From assembly GCA_043807585.1 (NCBI GenBank), contig JAZDFV010000001.1, positions 46,590-110,589 of the forward strand: a stretch of DNA of 64,000 bases, written 5' to 3'. Source of the stretch: Candidatus Jorgensenbacteria bacterium (lineage in GTDB: Bacteria > Patescibacteriota > Minisyncoccia > UBA6257 > GWB1-50-10). A model generated the notes under the pieces. The model made no database searches and had not been told where the DNA came from. It worked only from the letters and a program-made list of their open reading frames with translations. The translations under genes and the position numbers were made by a program. Shown here one piece after another: positions 26,499 to 35,330 of the stretch (its first letter is position 1; each line of letters starts with the position of its first letter).

Positions 26499-28343
26499 AT
26501 GAAACAGCTCACCCAACGCCTCCTCCTCGCCGTTACCGTGCTCCTTTTCATCACGGTGCTGTTCTCGCTTTTCACGGATACTTCAGGTGGCGGAGGGACG
26601 AAAGCCCTTTCCCTTGATGAGCTCGCGAAAGCCGTCACCGCGGGGAGTGTGAAACAGCTCACGGTGGCGGGCAACGGCATTGAGGCGGTGATGAAGGACG
26701 GTTCCAGCGCGACTTCCAAAAAGGAAACGGAGACCGGTCTCGTGGAAACTCTCAAAAATTACGGCGTCTCCGCCGAGTCGCTCCAGGGTGTCTCGCTCAC
26801 GATGGCGGAAGAGAGCGGCGCGAAATATTGGATGGGTGTCCTCGTACCGGCGCTCCTCCCCGTCATCGTTATGGTCGTCATCTTTTGGTGGATTTTCCGG
26901 CAGGCCCGCACGGGAGCGAACCAGGCGTTCTCGTTCGGCAAGGTGAACCTCCGGCTCTTTTCCCCCGCGCGCGACAAGGTGACTTTCAAGGATGTGGCGG
27001 GTTTGAAAGAGTCCAAGGAGGAGTTGGAGGAGATCGTTGATTTTTTGAAGAACCCGAAGAAGTTCCTGGGGATGGGTGCGCGTATTCCCCGCGGGGTGCT
27101 CCTCATGGGGCCGCCGGGCACGGGGAAAACGCTCCTCGCGCGGGCGACCGCGGGCGAATCCAGCGTGCCGTTTTTCCACCTCTCTGCCTCGGAGTTCGTG
27201 GAAATGTTCGTGGGTGTTGGCGCCTCGCGCGTCCGCGACCTCTTCCAGACCGCCAAGAAGGCGGCGCCCTCCATCATCTTCATAGACGAGATAGACGCGG
27301 TGGGGCGGGAGCGTGGCGCGGGTTTGGGCGGCGGCCACGACGAGCGGGAGCAGACATTGAATCAGATCCTCGTGGAGATGGACGGTTTTGAGCGCGACAC
27401 GAACGTGATCGTGATGGCCGCTACCAATAGGCCCGATATCTTGGACTCTGCGCTCCTCCGGCCAGGGCGTTTCGACCGCCGCATCATTCTTGATATGCCC
27501 GACATCAACGACCGCGAGAACATTCTGAAGATCCACGCGCGGGGGAAGCCCTTGGACCGGAGCGTGGACATCCGCGTGGTGGCGGTGCGGACCCCCGGGT
27601 TCTCGGGCGCCGACCTCGCGAATCTTATGAATGAGGCCGCCATTGCCGCGGCGCGGGAGAATCAGAAAATGGTGACCCAGATGCATCTCGTAAACTCCAT
27701 AGAGAAGGTGATGCTGGGGCCCGAGCGGCGGAGCCGCGCCATCTCGCAGAACGAGAAAAAACTCTCCGCCTACCACGAGGCTGGGCACGCGCTCGTCGCG
27801 GCGGCCCTGAAGGAAGCCGATCCGGTGCACAAAATTTCCATTGTTTCCCGCGGCATGGTGGGCGGCTACACCATGAAGCTCCCGCTTGAGGAGCGGCGGC
27901 TCCACACCCGCGCGCAGTTCCTCGCCGACCTCGCGGTGTCGTTTGGCGGCTACGCTGCGGAGCTCGCGGTTTTCAAAGACATTTCCACCGGCTCCTCCAG
28001 CGACATCAAGCAGGCGACTGACCTTGCGCACCAGCTTGTGACGAAGTACGGCATGAGTGAACGCCTCGGCCCCCGCTCGTTCGGGCGCGTGCAGGAGCTC
28101 GTCTTTTTGGGGCGGGAGATAGGCGCGGAGAAGGACTATTCGGAATCCTTAGGCACCGTCATTGATGAGGAGGTGGACCGTGTGATAGGGAAAGCGCTCG
28201 TCGCGGCGAAGAAGATCGTCGCAAAGCACCGCGTGGCGTTGGATGCCATCGCGAATACGCTTGTGGAGAAAGAAACCATAGAGCGGAATGAGTTTGAGGC
28301 GATTATCAAAAAGTTTCATCTGAAACCGATAGCGATTGTGTAG
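26499..28343 (+). CDS. ftsH: ATP-dependent zinc metalloprotease FtsH
   Basis: N-terminal TMs. GPPGTGKT Walker A, SRF region, HEAGHA zinc site. The ORF 5-prime extension overlapping the S1 gene is rejected; start placed at MKQLTQR. Confidence 0.95.
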   Translation: MKQLTQRLLLAVTVLLFITVLFSLFTDTSGGGGTKALSLDELAKAVTAGSVKQLTVAGNGIEAVMKDGSSATSKKETETGLVETLKNYGVSAESLQGVSLTMAEESGAKYWMGVLVPALLPVIVMVVIFWWIFRQARTGANQAFSFGKVNLRLFSPARDKVTFKDVAGLKESKEELEEIVDFLKNPKKFLGMGARIPRGVLLMGPPGTGKTLLARATAGESSVPFFHLSASEFVEMFVGVGASRVRDLFQTAKKAAPSIIFIDEIDAVGRERGAGLGGGHDEREQTLNQILVEMDGFERDTNVIVMAATNRPDILDSALLRPGRFDRRIILDMPDINDRENILKIHARGKPLDRSVDIRVVAVRTPGFSGADLANLMNEAAIAAARENQKMVTQMHLVNSIEKVMLGPERRSRAISQNEKKLSAYHEAGHALVAAALKEADPVHKISIVSRGMVGGYTMKLPLEERRLHTRAQFLADLAVSFGGYAAELAVFKDISTGSSSDIKQATDLAHQLVTKYGMSERLGPRSFGRVQELVFLGREIGAEKDYSESLGTVIDEEVDRVIGKALVAAKKIVAKHRVALDAIANTLVEKETIERNEFEAIIKKFHLKPIAIV

Positions 28344-28385
28344 TTTTGACGTTAAGATGCAGGCGACGTAGGATGGAGCGGCGAC

Positions 28386-28457
28386 CGGCCCGTAGCTCAA
28401 TGGCAGAGCTGTCGCCTTATACGCGAATGGTTGGGGGTTCGAGTCCCTCCGGGCCGA
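28386..28457 (+). tRNA. tRNA with anticodon TAT (would read AUA, Ile); anticodon stem has one G-A mismatch
   Basis: Manual fold. Acceptor CGGCCCG/CGGGCCG, D-arm GCTC-aatggca-GAGC, anticodon loop CTTATAC, T-arm GGGGG-TTCGAGT-CCCTC, discriminator A. Confidence 0.6.
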
Positions 28458-28458
28458 C

Positions 28459-28530
28459 GGACGGTTAGCTCAGCGGCAGAGCACTGCTTTTACACAGCAG
28501 GGGCCATAGGTTCGAATCCTATACCGTCCA
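28459..28530 (+). tRNA. tRNA-Val (anticodon TAC)
   Basis: Acceptor GGACGGT/ACCGTCC, anticodon stem CTGCT/AGCAG, anticodon loop TTTACAC, T-arm ATAGG-TTCGAAT-CCTAT. Confidence 0.85.
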
Positions 28531-28678
28531 CTTTGTGCGGGACACCGAGTAGGTTGGCGCAATCCCGCACCATCGCGTAAGCTATGGCGCGTGGCGATTC
28601 CATCAGCGCGCACAAATTCCCTTACGGGGGATTTTATTTGACACCGCGTTTTCGTGCGCGTATCGTAGTTGCACATAC

Positions 28679-29161
28679 ATGCCCACGTTGTTCCACAGTT
28701 CCTTCGGTCTCGAGCTTTCCCTGGGGCAGGTGGTTGCGGAGATCGTGCGCTTCATCACCGCGGACCCCACGCGGCGGTACAAAGTGACCATAGGTACCGA
28801 CTCCGAGCAGGACCCCTCCAAGATGGCGGATTTTGTGACCGCGGTCGTTGTGCACCGCGTGGGGAACGGCGGCCGCTACTTCTGGCGCCGCATCGAGCTG
28901 GGCAAATTCTACACGCTTCGCGACCGTATCATCCGTGAGGTCATGCTTTCCCTGGAGCTCGCGGAATCGCTCCTCGCACTTCTCCGTGAGGAGGCGAAGC
29001 ACCTGGAGTGGAGCTTTGAGATCCACGCCGATGTCGGCGAGAACGGCGAGACCAAGGTCTTGATTCAGGAGGTGGTGGGGATGATCCGCGCGAACCATTT
29101 CGAGGCGAAGACCAAGCCGGAGAGCTATGCGGCCTCCAAGGTGGCGGATAGGCATGTGTAG
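28679..29161 (+). CDS. RNase H-like protein, YkuK/DUF458-like
   Basis: YKVTIGTDSEQ motif and size about 160 aa. Assignment from memory of the family. Confidence 0.45.
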   Translation: MPTLFHSSFGLELSLGQVVAEIVRFITADPTRRYKVTIGTDSEQDPSKMADFVTAVVVHRVGNGGRYFWRRIELGKFYTLRDRIIREVMLSLELAESLLALLREEAKHLEWSFEIHADVGENGETKVLIQEVVGMIRANHFEAKTKPESYAASKVADRHV

Positions 29162-29188
29162 AGCTTTGTTCAAATCATTCAGACAACC

Positions 29189-29752
29189 ATGGCAGACAAA
29201 CTCGTTTTTGACATTGAGACGAAGAACACGTTCGACGACGTCAACAGCCACATACCAGAGTTCGAGGTGTCGGTGGTTGGCGTCTACTCCTATGGTGACG
29301 ATGTGTATACCTGCTTTGACGAGCACGAATTGGACAAGCTCGGCGAGATGCTCCAGCGCGCGCATTTCCTGATAGGTTTTTCAAGCAAGCGCTTCGATCT
29401 CCCCATCCTCCAGAAATACTTCAAGTTCAATCTTTCCACTATTGCCCACTTCGACATCTTGGAGGAGGTTGAAAAGAGCTACGGCCGTCGCGTGGGGCTT
29501 GGGGTGCTCGCGGAGGCGAACCTCGGTGTTGGGAAGAGCGCCCATGGGCTCCAGGCAATAGAGTTTTACAAGAACGGCGAGATGGAAAGGCTCAAATCCT
29601 ACTGCCTCCAAGACGTGAGACTCACGAAAGACCTCTACGAGCTTATGAAGCGCCAGGGATATCTCTGGATCCCCCAGCGTGACGTCCCGCAGATGACAAA
29701 AGCGTCATTCAATGTTGAGGAGCCGGTGCCCCCACCGGCGCAACTGCTATAA
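29189..29752 (+). CDS. DEDD-type 3-prime-5-prime exonuclease domain protein (PolB-exonuclease-like)
   Basis: LVFDIETKNTF (Exo I), FDLPIL and YCLQDV motifs. Confidence 0.55.
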   Translation: MADKLVFDIETKNTFDDVNSHIPEFEVSVVGVYSYGDDVYTCFDEHELDKLGEMLQRAHFLIGFSSKRFDLPILQKYFKFNLSTIAHFDILEEVEKSYGRRVGLGVLAEANLGVGKSAHGLQAIEFYKNGEMERLKSYCLQDVRLTKDLYELMKRQGYLWIPQRDVPQMTKASFNVEEPVPPPAQLL

Positions 29753-29759
29753 TCATTGT

Positions 29760-30071
29760 ATGGAGAGCTCGAAACTAAAGAAAAACAGAACGCTGCTTAT
29801 CGCTTTTGTGGTAGTTATGATAGCGGGTCTCGTGGCGGCTTACGTGCCGCTCATCTTCTCCCCGCCGCCGCTTGCCCCCGAGTCCGCAGCGCAACCGGAG
29901 AACGTGAATCCAGATCAACTCCTGATTCCCGTGGAACCAACCTCCACGGAGCCGACTGTTCTTCCTACCTCTTCCGCGCCACAGTCAGGCGTTCCTGAGA
30001 CCAAAGGATTCTCCGGTTTGAGCGAGGAAGGCCAATCGCTCCAAGATCTGGATTCGCTGTTGGGGGAGTAA
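29760..30071 (+). CDS. small membrane-anchored hypothetical protein
   Basis: ORF 29712..30071 trimmed to MESSKLKK. TM helix LLIAFVVVMIAGLVAAYVPLIF. Confidence 0.4.
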   Translation: MESSKLKKNRTLLIAFVVVMIAGLVAAYVPLIFSPPPLAPESAAQPENVNPDQLLIPVEPTSTEPTVLPTSSAPQSGVPETKGFSGLSEEGQSLQDLDSLLGE

Positions 30072-30176
30072 TCAAAAATTTGGAATTTTACGTCTTTTTT
30101 CTATTGCTATACAAGTAAGCATAACTAGGTTGACTTCCTTGATTTGTTTGCAATAAGCTATGCTATACTAAAAAAG

Positions 30177-30389
30177 ATGAGAAACATTAAAGAAACAACA
30201 AGGGGCCGCAGCTTTGCTGCTCTGACAAAAAAATATGAGAACAAATGGGTTGCTTTATCCGCGGACTATAAAAAGGTGTTAGCGGCAGGAAGTTCTTTAG
30301 ACGCTGTTTTGAAAGGAGTTAAGCAACAAGAGAAGGTAATAGTAAAAATTCTCCCGCAAGCTGGCTACGTTCCCGTTTCTTTGAAATGA
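30177..30389 (+). CDS. small DUF5678-like protein (antitoxin-like), in a low-GC islet
   Basis: YENKWVAL ... KVLAAGSSLDAVLKGVK pattern. Its stop overlaps the next ATG (ATGA). Confidence 0.4.
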   Translation: MRNIKETTRGRSFAALTKKYENKWVALSADYKKVLAAGSSLDAVLKGVKQQEKVIVKILPQAGYVPVSLK

Positions 30390-30814
30390 GGTTCCAATAT
30401 TGGCCGGTGGCGGGAGTTTTTGACTCAAGGGGAAAATTAGTAAAGAGGCCAGTTTTGGAATTAGAACTCATAGGCGAGAAGGGAGCGAGTATGAGCACGA
30501 TTGGCGTGGTGGATTCTGGCGCTGACACAACCACTCTCAATATCCAGTTCGCTAAGGCGTTGAATATTAAATTAGAAGAATCGAAAACTAAGGAGATTAT
30601 AGGCATTGGGGATGGCAAGGTAAAAGTGTATCTTGGGAAAATTCGTTTTAAAATAAAGCACACAGAGGAAGAAATTGAAGTTCCAGCGTGGTATGTAGAT
30701 AGTGACAATGTGAATTTTCTGATAGGACAAGAAGTTTTCTTTGATACTCACCGAATAAAGTTTGAAAAAGATCACGATTCTTTTGAGATTGTAAATTCAC
30801 GCAGTGGCAGATAG
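30386..30814 (+). CDS. retropepsin-like (clan AA) aspartic protease
   Basis: VDSGAD (D-S/T-G-A) active-site motif and IGIGDG flap-like segment. Low-GC codon usage. Confidence 0.7.
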   Translation: MRFQYWPVAGVFDSRGKLVKRPVLELELIGEKGASMSTIGVVDSGADTTTLNIQFAKALNIKLEESKTKEIIGIGDGKVKVYLGKIRFKIKHTEEEIEVPAWYVDSDNVNFLIGQEVFFDTHRIKFEKDHDSFEIVNSRSGR

Positions 30815-30828
30815 AAAAATAAAACTCA

Positions 30829-30860
30829 AAAACCCGCATTTGGAGCGGGTTTTTGGTATG
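30829..30860 (+). terminator. rho-independent terminator (AAAACCCGC-atttggag-CGGGTTTTT)
   Basis: Stem-loop followed by a T-tract. Confidence 0.65.
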
Positions 30861-31015
30861 TTGATGGTTCGATAAACTCACCATCAATGCTGAGCTTGCC
30901 GAAGCATTGACTTATTTAGGTACATGTGCTAGTATGAAACCGTAGTTGGGAACCGCTCAATTACGTTCTTTACCAACATTTTCGGCGCGAATGCAAGCGC
31001 CAGGAGGATTACAAA

Positions 31016-31705
31016 ATGTTGTATACATTCATTGATTGGGGAAACCGTTCGTTCCCCTGGTGTGTCGCCGTTATCGCATTGTTAGTAGTTGCCCTTATCC
31101 TTCCCGTACATCTTTCCTTACCAGCGGGTATTTACATCGCCACGATTCTTGTATTCATCATCTCTGGCCTTGCTGACCTAATAGGTGACGCAAGAAAGAG
31201 GCAGAAGCGGTTTTGCGATCTCACCATCCCCGCCGGTGGAGGGGAAATGAATCTTGTGAACAAGGCAATGTGGCCCCATCCTGGTTCAGAGGCATGGACT
31301 GCTAGAATCTACTGGGTCAGAGAGCTCTGTGAGCTGATGAGATATCCCGCGGGGCGCGTGTGTCTTCAAGCGCTATTCGATTTGAGGCTCGCGGCGCTCG
31401 CAAAGAAGTTCAACGACACTGATGATGCCCAAACTAGTTTCAGAAAGCGGCTTGAGAGTACGCTCAAAAGCCCGAAAGAACACTGGACAATGAATGTTGA
31501 GGGTGTCGAGAACCTTCTGGATAGAGAGGAAAAGGAACATGCGGCGGCACTGGATAGGGCAAAGGAGGCAATGAATTTTGCCCGGACCGCGGTTGGTAAA
31601 CTTGGTTTCCGGACGTGGAGGAATTACCGAGCGTATCTTTTGCTGAACGAGGATGAGGTTCTCAAGGAGGCGCTTTATAAAATCTTCGAGGCGAAGAAGG
31701 GGTAA
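31016..31705 (+). CDS. membrane protein, hypothetical
   Basis: Two N-terminal TM helices. AGGAGG RBS. Confidence 0.5.
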   Translation: MLYTFIDWGNRSFPWCVAVIALLVVALILPVHLSLPAGIYIATILVFIISGLADLIGDARKRQKRFCDLTIPAGGGEMNLVNKAMWPHPGSEAWTARIYWVRELCELMRYPAGRVCLQALFDLRLAALAKKFNDTDDAQTSFRKRLESTLKSPKEHWTMNVEGVENLLDREEKEHAAALDRAKEAMNFARTAVGKLGFRTWRNYRAYLLLNEDEVLKEALYKIFEAKKG

Positions 31706-31803
31706 ATGCTATTGTTGTCATGAAATCGAATTGCCGTTCCTATGGAGCGGCAATTTTTGTTTCTGGTTTGGAGTTCCGCATTGCTTTGTTGTACAGTTAC
31801 GCT

Positions 31804-33051
31804 ATGCGCGACAAAGCCATCGAGCGGCTCATAGGGAAAGAAGAGCAGCGGCAAAAGCGCGTGATAAACCTCATCGCGTCGGAGAATTTCGTTTCGCCTG
31901 ACGTGCTCCGCACCTTGGGGTCAGTGTTCACCAACAAGTACGCCGAGGGATATTCCCACCTCCGCTACTACGGCGGGAACGAGGTGGTGGATGAGCTGGA
32001 GGATTTGGTAAAGGAGCGCGCGCTCAAGCTTTTTAAACTTTCCCCGAAGGCGTGGAGCGTCAACGTCCAACCGTATTCCGGTTCTCCCGCAAATCTCGCT
32101 GTCTACCACGCGCTCGTGCCGGTGGGTGGGAAAATCATGGGAATGGCCTTGGACATGGGCGGGCATCTCACGCACGGCCACAGGGTGAGCGTGACCGGAA
32201 AGCTCTGGAAACAAATTCCCTATGGCGTGGACAGGAAAACCGAACGATTGGACTACGGCGCGCTTTTAAAACTCGCGAAGAAAGAGAAACCGGCACTCAT
32301 CGTCGCGGGCTACACTGCCTACTCGCGCATCATTGATTTCAAAAAGTTTAGGAAGATCGCGGATGCCGTGGTTTACCCTGAGTCAAATCGAAGGGGCGCC
32401 ATCCTCATGGTAGATATGTCCCACTTTGCGGGCCTCGTGGCGGGCGGCGCCTACCCATCCCCCTTTCCCTACGTGGATGTGGTTACTACCACAACCCACA
32501 AGACCTTGCGCGGGCCGAGGGCAGCGCTTATATTCGCAAGGAAATCCGAAATCCGAAATCAGAAATCCGAAACAAATTCGAAATTCGAAATTCGAAATTC
32601 GAAATTATCAATCGCAGAAGCGATTGATAAGGCAGTATTTCCTGGCCTCCAGGGAGGACCGCATATGAACGCCATCGCCGCGGTGGGGGTGGCACTCCAT
32701 GAGGCATCACAGCCAGCGTTCAAAAAGTACGCGAAACAGGTGGTGAGGAATGCCAAGGCGCTCGCGGAGGGATTGAAAAAATTGGGCTGGCGCATCGTCT
32801 CGGGCGGGACCGACACGCATCTTTTTCTCGTGGATACCTTTGCGCGTGGCGTGAGCGGGAAAGTCGCAAGTGAAAAATTGGAACGCAAGGATATCATCGT
32901 GAACAAGAACATGATCCCCTACGACACGCGAAAGCCCACCGACCCCTCCGGCATCCGTCTCGGCACCCCCGCGGTCACCACTCGCGGGATGAAGGAGAAG
33001 GATATGGCCCGCCTCGCCCGCCGCATCGATCAAGCGCTGAAGAGTGCGTAA
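31804..33051 (+). CDS. glyA: serine hydroxymethyltransferase, with a repeat-encoded loop expansion
   Basis: INLIASENF, TTTTHKTLRGPR and VFPGLQGGPHMN motifs. Start trimmed to MRDKAIERL. Confidence 0.95.
   Translation: MRDKAIERLIGKEEQRQKRVINLIASENFVSPDVLRTLGSVFTNKYAEGYSHLRYYGGNEVVDELEDLVKERALKLFKLSPKAWSVNVQPYSGSPANLAVYHALVPVGGKIMGMALDMGGHLTHGHRVSVTGKLWKQIPYGVDRKTERLDYGALLKLAKKEKPALIVAGYTAYSRIIDFKKFRKIADAVVYPESNRRGAILMVDMSHFAGLVAGGAYPSPFPYVDVVTTTTHKTLRGPRAALIFARKSEIRNQKSETNSKFEIRNSKLSIAEAIDKAVFPGLQGGPHMNAIAAVGVALHEASQPAFKKYAKQVVRNAKALAEGLKKLGWRIVSGGTDTHLFLVDTFARGVSGKVASEKLERKDIIVNKNMIPYDTRKPTDPSGIRLGTPAVTTRGMKEKDMARLARRIDQALKSA
32539..32630. repeat. AT-rich heptamer repeat tract (GAAATCC / GAAATTC) plus the perfect palindrome TTATCAATCGC-agaa-GCGATTGATAA (32605-32630), embedded in-frame in glyA
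   Basis: Encodes RKSEIRNQKSETNSKFEIRNSKLSIAEAIDK. E. coli GlyA has about 19 aa at this position, here 31. Confidence 0.8.
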
Positions 33052-33054
33052 ATT

Positions 33055-33170
33055 CCAAACCCCAAGCACCAAGTTTCAAATAAATTCCAATAGCCAAAAT
33101 TCAAAACAGTTTCAGTCATTGAGGTTTAGATATTATTTGTGATTTGGAATTTGGAGCTTGGAATTTAAAA
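33055..33170. repeat. AT-rich palindromic intergenic element, homologous to 19650-19810
   Basis: AAATTCCAAACCCCAAGCACCAAG ... CTTGGAGCTTGGAATTT arms around AATTCAAAACAGTTTCAGTCAT. Confidence 0.65.
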
Positions 33171-33172
33171 CC

Positions 33173-34096
33173 ATGGTAATAGACGGCAGAAAAATTGCGG
33201 AGGAACTGCTCGTGGAGCTTAAAAAACTACCGAAGCCGGAGAAATTTCTCGCAGTGGTAATGGTGGGTGAGGATCCCGCCTCCGAGAGTTTCGTGGGGCA
33301 GAAAGAAAAAGTGGCGCGCGAACTCGGGGTAGATTTTCGCATCTACCGGTTTCCCGTGGATGCCTCACAGGACGCGCTGCGGAAGGAGGTGTTGAAGATC
33401 ACGGAGCACAAAACCTGCGGCGGGGTCGTAGTGCAACTCCCCCTCCCCGCGGCCGTGAACAAGCAGTATGTGTTGAACGCCATCCCGCGCGAGAAAGACG
33501 TAGACGTGTTGGGAGAACGGGCGCTCGGCGCTTTTTATGCGGGCCGGAACTTAGTGTTGCCGCCCGCCGTCGGCGTTCTTAATGAAATAATCCGGCGTCT
33601 ATTTCCTCTCGGAACCGGACGTTCTTCGGCTCCAGCGGCCGAAGCCGTCCTGCGCTCTCGGCCGCAAGACGCCACAGGCGACCAAGCTCTTGCGTCCTCC
33701 GAGAGCTTCCGTTCGGAAACAGCCGCCGTACTTTTAAAAGACAAAAAGGTTGCCGTCGTTGGGCTTGGTTTCTTGGTTGGGAAGCCCATTGCGACGTGGC
33801 TTGCGGGAAAGTGTGCGGAGATTTTTGCGCTTGACCTAGGAAGCGATTTCAATATTTTGAAGGACGCGGATGTGGTTATCTCCGGCGCCGGGAAAGCGGG
33901 GATCCTGAAACCCGAGATGCTCAAAAATGACGCGCTCGTAATTGATTTTGGCTATTCATTCGTTGACGGGAAGATTTCCGGCGACTTTGATGCGTCATCG
34001 TCATCGTCGTTGGCGTACACGCCAACGCCCGGCGGCACCGGCCCCATTCTTGTAGCTAAGCTGTTTGAGAATTTCTATAAACTAGCTATACTTTAA
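33173..34096 (+). CDS. folD: bifunctional methylenetetrahydrofolate dehydrogenase/cyclohydrolase FolD, with a ~40-aa insertion
   Basis: GRKIAEE, VQLPLP and GLGFLVGKP motifs; C-terminal LVAKLFENF. Insertion RRLFPLGTGRSSAPAAEAVLRSRPQDATGDQALASSESFRSETAAV. Confidence 0.9.
   Translation: MVIDGRKIAEELLVELKKLPKPEKFLAVVMVGEDPASESFVGQKEKVARELGVDFRIYRFPVDASQDALRKEVLKITEHKTCGGVVVQLPLPAAVNKQYVLNAIPREKDVDVLGERALGAFYAGRNLVLPPAVGVLNEIIRRLFPLGTGRSSAPAAEAVLRSRPQDATGDQALASSESFRSETAAVLLKDKKVAVVGLGFLVGKPIATWLAGKCAEIFALDLGSDFNILKDADVVISGAGKAGILKPEMLKNDALVIDFGYSFVDGKISGDFDASSSSSLAYTPTPGGTGPILVAKLFENFYKLAIL
33600..33720. repeat. GC-rich palindromic insertion inside folD (GGACGTTCTTCGGCTCCAGCGGCCGAAGCCGTCC hairpin)
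   Basis: Nested inverted repeats. Has no counterpart in canonical FolD, but reads in-frame. Confidence 0.6.
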
Positions 34097-34146
34097 GCAG
34101 CTGCTGTAAAAAAGTGATTCTCTCACAGATACGAAAGGAGGCTGTT

Positions 34147-34461
34147 ATGGGCAAGATGGTTTTCAACCGAGAGGAAGAGGTGGAGAAGTTCAGAAGGGTT
34201 CTGAATAACCCCGGCATGAAGAAGGTCATGAGGCGAGTAGAAAAGAAGTTAGAGCGGGAAATGAGAGCTGCTACGAAAGCCGTTGATGAAATGATGCTGA
34301 AACAAAGTGAAAAGATAGGTCAGATAATGAAAGGGAGAAACGTCGGCGTAAGCGCAGCTCTTGAAATCCTGGTAGATGGAACCTGCGCTGAGGAGCAACT
34401 CCGTGAGAAGAGCGGTTCTCGTAGGATCCAATCTCGAAAAAGAACCCCGAGGTCGAAATGA
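34147..34461 (+). CDS. hypothetical basic protein (104 aa)
   Basis: AAAGGAGG RBS 6 nt before ATG 34147. K/R/E-rich. Confidence 0.45.
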   Translation: MGKMVFNREEEVEKFRRVLNNPGMKKVMRRVEKKLEREMRAATKAVDEMMLKQSEKIGQIMKGRNVGVSAALEILVDGTCAEEQLREKSGSRRIQSRKRTPRSK

Positions 34462-34478
34462 CCCGGGGTTTTTGTTCG
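34443..34478 (+). terminator. rho-independent terminator (CCCCGAGG ... CCCGGGG followed by TTTTTG)
   Basis: Hairpin with a T-tract at the stop of the preceding gene. Confidence 0.55.
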
Positions 34479-34492
34479 AAGAATATCGACTA

Positions 34493-35074
34493 CTACGCTC
34501 GCTTCGGTGCCTTACTGACCAAGCGCATCATACCCATCGCATTCGAGGTGTATGAGACAAACGTGGCGAAGGAAAAGAACGACATAAAGGCGAGGGCGAC
34601 GAGAATAGGGCTCCCGCTCCACGGCTCTCCAAAGGTCAGGATGAGCAGTACGAGAGACATCGCGATGACGTGACAAACCTGGCGCGCCTTCCCGAAGCCA
34701 TTCGTTCTCACGAACAAGCCCGTTCTTCGCTTTGTAATGGCTCTCAAGACCCAAATGCTGGCCTCGCAAGTGAATACCATAGCGGCAAAGAGAAGCTCCG
34801 GTGTACTTCGCAGATAGTCCCAGGAATACATCTGATATAGGAAGACAAAGAGAATGAGACGGTCTCGAAGTGGGTCGATTTGCCGTCCCAGCTCCGTTAC
34901 CATCCCCAACTTTCCCGCGGCGTAACCGTCGAAGAAGTCCGATAGTCCGGCGAGAGCGAAGCCCAGGATAATCCATATGGAATCGTGCATATAACAAGCG
35001 TAAGCGTAGAGCCCGGCCATCACGAAGCCGAAGGCCGTGATGCGGTTTGGGGTAAGCCATTTGGGCCAATTCAT
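34493..35074 (-). CDS. CDP-alcohol phosphatidyltransferase (PgsA-like)
   Basis: DFFDGYAAGKLGMVTELGRQIDPLRD matches the D-x2-DG-x2-AR ... G-x3-D-x3-D motif. Several TMs. Confidence 0.8.
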   Translation of the reverse strand: MNWPKWLTPNRITAFGFVMAGLYAYACYMHDSIWIILGFALAGLSDFFDGYAAGKLGMVTELGRQIDPLRDRLILFVFLYQMYSWDYLRSTPELLFAAMVFTCEASIWVLRAITKRRTGLFVRTNGFGKARQVCHVIAMSLVLLILTFGEPWSGSPILVALAFMSFFSFATFVSYTSNAMGMMRLVSKAPKRA

Positions 35075-35179
35075 GGGACACCTCCGCTTTTATGGTGGAT
35101 TGGTTCTGTGAAGGAAATCTGGACCCACTATAATACGGCCCCCGGAAAAGCGCAAAAAAACCGGACGTTATGTCCGGTC

Positions 35180-35330
35180 TTTCTCATCCCGAGCTTGTCG
35201 AAGGGCCATTCTTCGCTCGTTCCACCAACAATCCCTTTTCTCTCTTTGTTATCTGCCCCCGGCGGCACCGCCTCCATCCTCATTGCGAAATTGTTTGAGA
35301 ATTTTTATACGCTAAATGCATGTAGTGGTC
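35180..35330. pseudogene. relic fragments: a copy of the recA 3-prime end/terminator region (35180-35232) and a copy of the folD 3-prime end (35262-35325)
   Basis: GAGCTTGTCGAAGGGCCATTCTTCGCTCG resembles the true recA end at 35503-35540. CCCGGCGGCACCGCCTCCATCCTCATTGCGAAATTGTTTGAGAATTTTTATAC resembles folD 34020-34085 (encodes PGGTASILIAKLFENFY). Confidence 0.6.

Noticed and set aside
26583-28031. 482-aa minus-strand ORF antisense to ftsH, plus similar long antisense ORFs (35914-37221 opposite recA/rodZ, 46122-47111 opposite murD, 9824-10735 and 10928-11632 opposite pnp, 289-993 and 75-641 at the left end)
   Set aside because: These are typical high-GC antisense ORFs with Arg/Pro/Gly/His-rich low-complexity translations. 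They are fully overlapped by well-supported genes on the other strand.
32521-32620. CRISPR array, because of the GAAATTC/GAAATCC direct repeats here and at the other tracts
   Set aside because: The repeats are 7 nt, contiguous, lack unique spacers, and lie inside translated genes. No cas1 or true repeat-spacer architecture anywhere in the window. The Cas2-like domain at 40997-41584 has no adjacent array.
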